A DNA stretch of 64,000 nt, from assembly GCA_024704765.1 (NCBI GenBank), contig JAKMXF010000313.1, positions 124,001-188,000 of the forward strand. The letters are read 5' to 3'. Source of the stretch: Oopsacas minuta. Lineage: Eukaryota; Animalia; Porifera. The notes beneath the pieces were generated by a model that worked only from the letters and a program-made list of their open reading frames with translations, ran no database searches and was not told the origin of the DNA. Position numbers and translations under genes: made by a program. Shown here in pieces: positions 60,793 to 64,000 of this stretch. Numbering within the stretch: position 1 is the first letter of the stretch; every line of letters begins with the position of its first letter.

Positions 60793-61440
60793 TAAATTCC
60801 CATGCCGCTGGAAGGTTACAACGGTTAGATAACGGAGTTCCCGGAGGAATGCAAGGCCTGTACCGAACCAGGGAGCGACACTTAACAAATAATACCCGAA
60901 TGCTCTTGAAGGGACCCACAGATGACCTAGGAGAAATGGCAGCCACCGATACACCCATGAGCCCCCCCACCCGAAAGCTGGTTAAATTAACATTCCAGGT
61001 CCAGGTGTGAAATTTAACCCTCACTTGTAACCGAAGGAGGCTGCCACTGAAGTCGTTTCAGAAGACACACATGAGCAGTGGAACAAGCCCACCTGGGCAG
61101 AAGCGGTTGGTGCTTAGCGAACCAGCGTCACACACGCGACCCTCTGACACCAAACCCTCAGGTCCACCACCCAAGGCACCCACTGAAAGACCTCTAAGCT
61201 AAGGGAAAACCCCAGAGCCCCAGACCCAACTAACAAGAACCAAACAAACGTAGCGGTTCACTTGAACTGGAGGAAACCAAACGAGGTAACTCCATGATGC
61301 ACGACATACCCAAAAGTACTGCACGCCGTACCATGGATACATCGATGGAGACACACCATATACCCAGGGTTACGCCCTTTTTCGACAGGAGGGATCTGAA
61401 GATCTTCCCTTGACGGGAGCTAGTAGTAGCGGAAGATTAA
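60793..61440 (+). mobile_element. GC-richer island, possibly a decayed non-LTR retrotransposon ORF1 fragment
   Basis: Abrupt compositional shift. Broken zinc-knuckle-like FPEECKACTEPG(..)HLT and KPTWAEAV, then a Pro/Lys-rich stretch. Multiple stops. Confidence 0.3.
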
Positions 61441-62094
61441 CGTTACTCCTATACAGCTGCACTAGGGATATGAGTTCTAGTACAAGTTGCATACTGACAG
61501 TAAACTAATACCAAATCAGTATACCGCTGGCAAGGCTAGAACTAGAGTAGAAATCCATGACTCTAACCTTTATGCTACCCTGGCAGCATACCTCAGGTGC
61601 TCGCTTACTACTTATAAGTTAACACACGCAATTGGCCTAAAATTTGAAATTCATTGTGCGAATTGTTGTCTTCTTGAGTCTCAACTATTAATACTTTCCC
61701 TAAGCCTTGCAGTATATATCTTAATGCTGATATCATGAATGCATTTTCTAGTATATTATTTATTGCCTCTAAAGCATACATGCACTAGAATAATATAATA
61801 AGAATATCTACTCAAATCGTTCAGTAAAGAGAATTTGTAATACTAATGATATCTGTCTTGGCGAGAGAAAATAGAAATAGAGCTAGAGATGGGGAGAGAG
61901 AGAGAGAGAAAGATAACGTACTAGGTGTTGAGAGTAGCTAATAAACGACAATAGAACTAGTGTAGACGTGATGACAATTTGCTAGATTGATAAACGAATT
62001 AGATTATAGCTGTAGAGTAGTAGTAGGACGCTCAATTGAATATTACTAGAGACTAGATCTACGATGCTTTAGAGGCAAGTGAGTTAGTATGGAG

Positions 62095-63408
62095 CTAATT
62101 CTCTACTGAAGTAGTCTCCGGGGTCAACTCTTGTAATGGTTGTGCTTCCTTTGGTATAGAGGTTGCTTCAATTTCTTCGTAATCTTGTTCCCCATTCCCA
62201 GGTCCAGTCTCCCCATTGACTTGTAGCCCTGCTAAATCTTCGGCCAGTTTATTCATATTATGCTCAGAAGATACTGGAGAGATAGCATCAGCTTCTTTCT
62301 CCTCTCGTTCATCTTTGTCTCTCTTAGGTCTTCTCCGTTGGTAGTTAGGTCTGCGAGGACCCCGCTGACCGCGATTTTCTCTGCCCCCTCTGCTCCTCTC
62401 CCTATCTACTCCTTCCCTATCTCTATCTCTAGGGTTCATTCCTCGCTCCCTTTCCCGATTATCTCTATCACTATCAGAACGAGTATTTCTCCTCCTACGG
62501 TTATCTCTGTCCATATCTCTATCTCTGTCACGGTCTCTGTCTCTCTCATGATCTTCCCTGTCTCTGTCTCTGTCCCTATCCCTGTCCCCGTCTACTTGTT
62601 TGTTTCGTCGCGAGTAGAAACTCCTAGCCGGCCTGAATCCGGGGTCGTTATAGCTGTTCGGCCCGTATCTTTCCCAATACGAACCATCTCGGTCCCTGTA
62701 CGGGTCCCTGTAGTAGTCAGGCTCTATATATGCTCGCTCTCTGTAAGGAGGCTCTCCGTACTCCCGGTATCCGTTGCGTGGAGGGTAGCTCCGGTATTCC
62801 CGGAAATTCATAACACGGGACCCTTGACGTGGCGGATTTCTAGGAGGAGCCCTGTAGTCGACTGGAGGCTGTGGGACAGGTCCCGCTCGGGGAGGAGGGG
62901 GAGGACCAGTTCCTCTGGTACGAGTTTGGTAATTCTTCACTCGGCCTTGTCTACCCATTATTCTACCTTTGTAGTCTCCTTTGTTGCGGGCGTATTCGCT
63001 TCCCAAAACCGAAATTAATTCAGGACCGGTCACTTCAGCTGCCTCGGGACCTTTGACTCCTCTGATAACAATATACTCTACGTCTTCTCCTTCTCGTACG
63101 CTGCGCTCAGATTTCGCAGGATTATTGTGTATTATTGCAGTCTGATGGATAAATATATCATTGCCCCCGTCCCTCTTGATAAACCCATAACCTGCTTTCA
63201 CATTGAACCATTTGACAATACCTCGTTCTCTGGGTAGATTAGATATTTCATCAGCTGATAAGGCTACTTTAGGGTCAGGTGTATCTGTGTTGACGTTGTC
63301 ATCACTCCGAGTCTCTGTCTCTGTAGCAGGCTCAATACAAGTTTCAGTTTCTTCTGGTTGAGAGATAGTTTCCTCTACTTTTGGTTCGTCCACATAATCG
63401 GATGCCAT
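62095..63408 (-). CDS. YBX: Y-box / cold-shock-domain protein (437 aa, intronless CDS)
   Basis: Cold-shock domain GIVKWFNVKAGYGFIKRD...DIFIHQTAI...SVREGEDVEYIVIRGVKGPEAAEVTGP, plus VLGSEYA as in YBX1 (VQGSKYA). Arg/Asp-rich tail. Confidence 0.96.
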   Translation of the reverse strand: MASDYVDEPKVEETISQPEETETCIEPATETETRSDDNVNTDTPDPKVALSADEISNLPRERGIVKWFNVKAGYGFIKRDGGNDIFIHQTAIIHNNPAKSERSVREGEDVEYIVIRGVKGPEAAEVTGPELISVLGSEYARNKGDYKGRIMGRQGRVKNYQTRTRGTGPPPPPRAGPVPQPPVDYRAPPRNPPRQGSRVMNFREYRSYPPRNGYREYGEPPYRERAYIEPDYYRDPYRDRDGSYWERYGPNSYNDPGFRPARSFYSRRNKQVDGDRDRDRDRDREDHERDRDRDRDRDMDRDNRRRRNTRSDSDRDNRERERGMNPRDRDREGVDRERSRGGRENRGQRGPRRPNYQRRRPKRDKDEREEKEADAISPVSSEHNMNKLAEDLAGLQVNGETGPGNGEQDYEEIEATSIPKEAQPLQELTPETTSVEN

Positions 63409-63422
63409 GTGGATTTAGTGGA

Positions 63423-63483
63423 CTGTAGATTTAATATTATGTTTGATTCTCTGGTAGTTAGGATGGCTGAGGTATGATGTTAC
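63423..63483 (-). other. Putative 61-nt intron in the YBX 5' UTR
   Basis: Minus strand CAG|GTAACA...ATTAAATCTACAG|TCC, ending 14 nt before the ATG. Confidence 0.55.
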
Positions 63484-63659
63484 CTGAAGTTGTCCGATTG
63501 ATGATATCGTAGAATTTCTAACTTATTCTTCTGATCCCTCAATTCTACTTCAGTCTTATCTCAAACATATTTATCTAATTCTTCTATGCATATTCTTCTA
63601 GAACTGAATCCTATGGTTTCTCTGTGCGCAAGACTGAATAATTCTCGTTTCAATGCTTC

Positions 63660-63673
63660 GCTTCCATGGAAAC
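63660..63673. promoter_or_regulatory. X-box-like (RFX) palindrome
   Basis: GCTTCCATGGAAAC, one mismatch from the palindrome GTTTCCATGGAAAC, ~250 bp upstream of the YBX ATG. Confidence 0.35.
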
Positions 63674-64000
63674 CAGATTCGTTTAGTTTGGCACTTTGAT
63701 ATTAGCGCTTATTACTTTCTAGGGTACAATTCACTATTATTGAATACTCGTAGCTAAAATTAGACATAGACTAATTACATAAGTTGCTTAAACTTCACTA
63801 TTTCCAAAGCTTTTTTCACTGAATAAAGATTAACTTACGTAGATCAACCAAATAATTAATATTTTTGACATTTGGGCTAAAATACTTCTACTGCTAGGTT
63901 TCTAGCACGATCAATAGTACAGGCAGATATTCACAATTTGCTACAGCCATTTTGCACTATTTCGGACTACATATTTTGGATTTTGGGTATAAACTATAAA

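Noticed and set aside
62260-63018. 252-aa antisense ORF over YBX
   Set aside because: Ser/Val/Pro-rich mirror of the RD repeats; stop depletion is explained by the sense-strand codons.

Overview
AT-rich eukaryotic (animal) DNA. Nothing prokaryotic was found: no CRISPR, rRNA or tRNA. Host genes supported by protein motifs: a lone replication-dependent histone H3 with 3' stem-loop (-), a MATE/SLC47 transporter, an RFX4/6-type transcription factor, a membrane-anchored ComEC-like metallo-beta-lactamase-fold protein, a ~17 kb multi-exon ankyrin-repeat + PEAK1/Pragmin/PINK1-like pseudokinase gene (reconstructed by hand from GT-AG sites and phase), BORCS7, an MRL-family (RIAM/lamellipodin) RA-PH adaptor, a RUN-less Rubicon/Pacer-like protein, and a Y-box cold-shock protein (-). 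Apart from the ankyrin-pseudokinase gene, every coding region is intronless. This is consistent with an intron-poor non-bilaterian such as a glass sponge, but that is inference and cannot be verified here. Intergenic and intronic DNA is dense with non-autonomous Helitron-like elements, hAT and Tc1 MITEs, and a decayed Ginger2/KRBA2-type integrase transposon. Most notable: a frameshifted CRESS-DNA-virus-like Rep helicase (endogenous viral element) with a downstream orphan ORF, a 534-bp near-perfect inverted repeat just upstream of RFX, the ankyrin-pseudokinase architecture, and the bacterial-type ComEC-like gene. All family assignments come from recalled motifs, not database searches.
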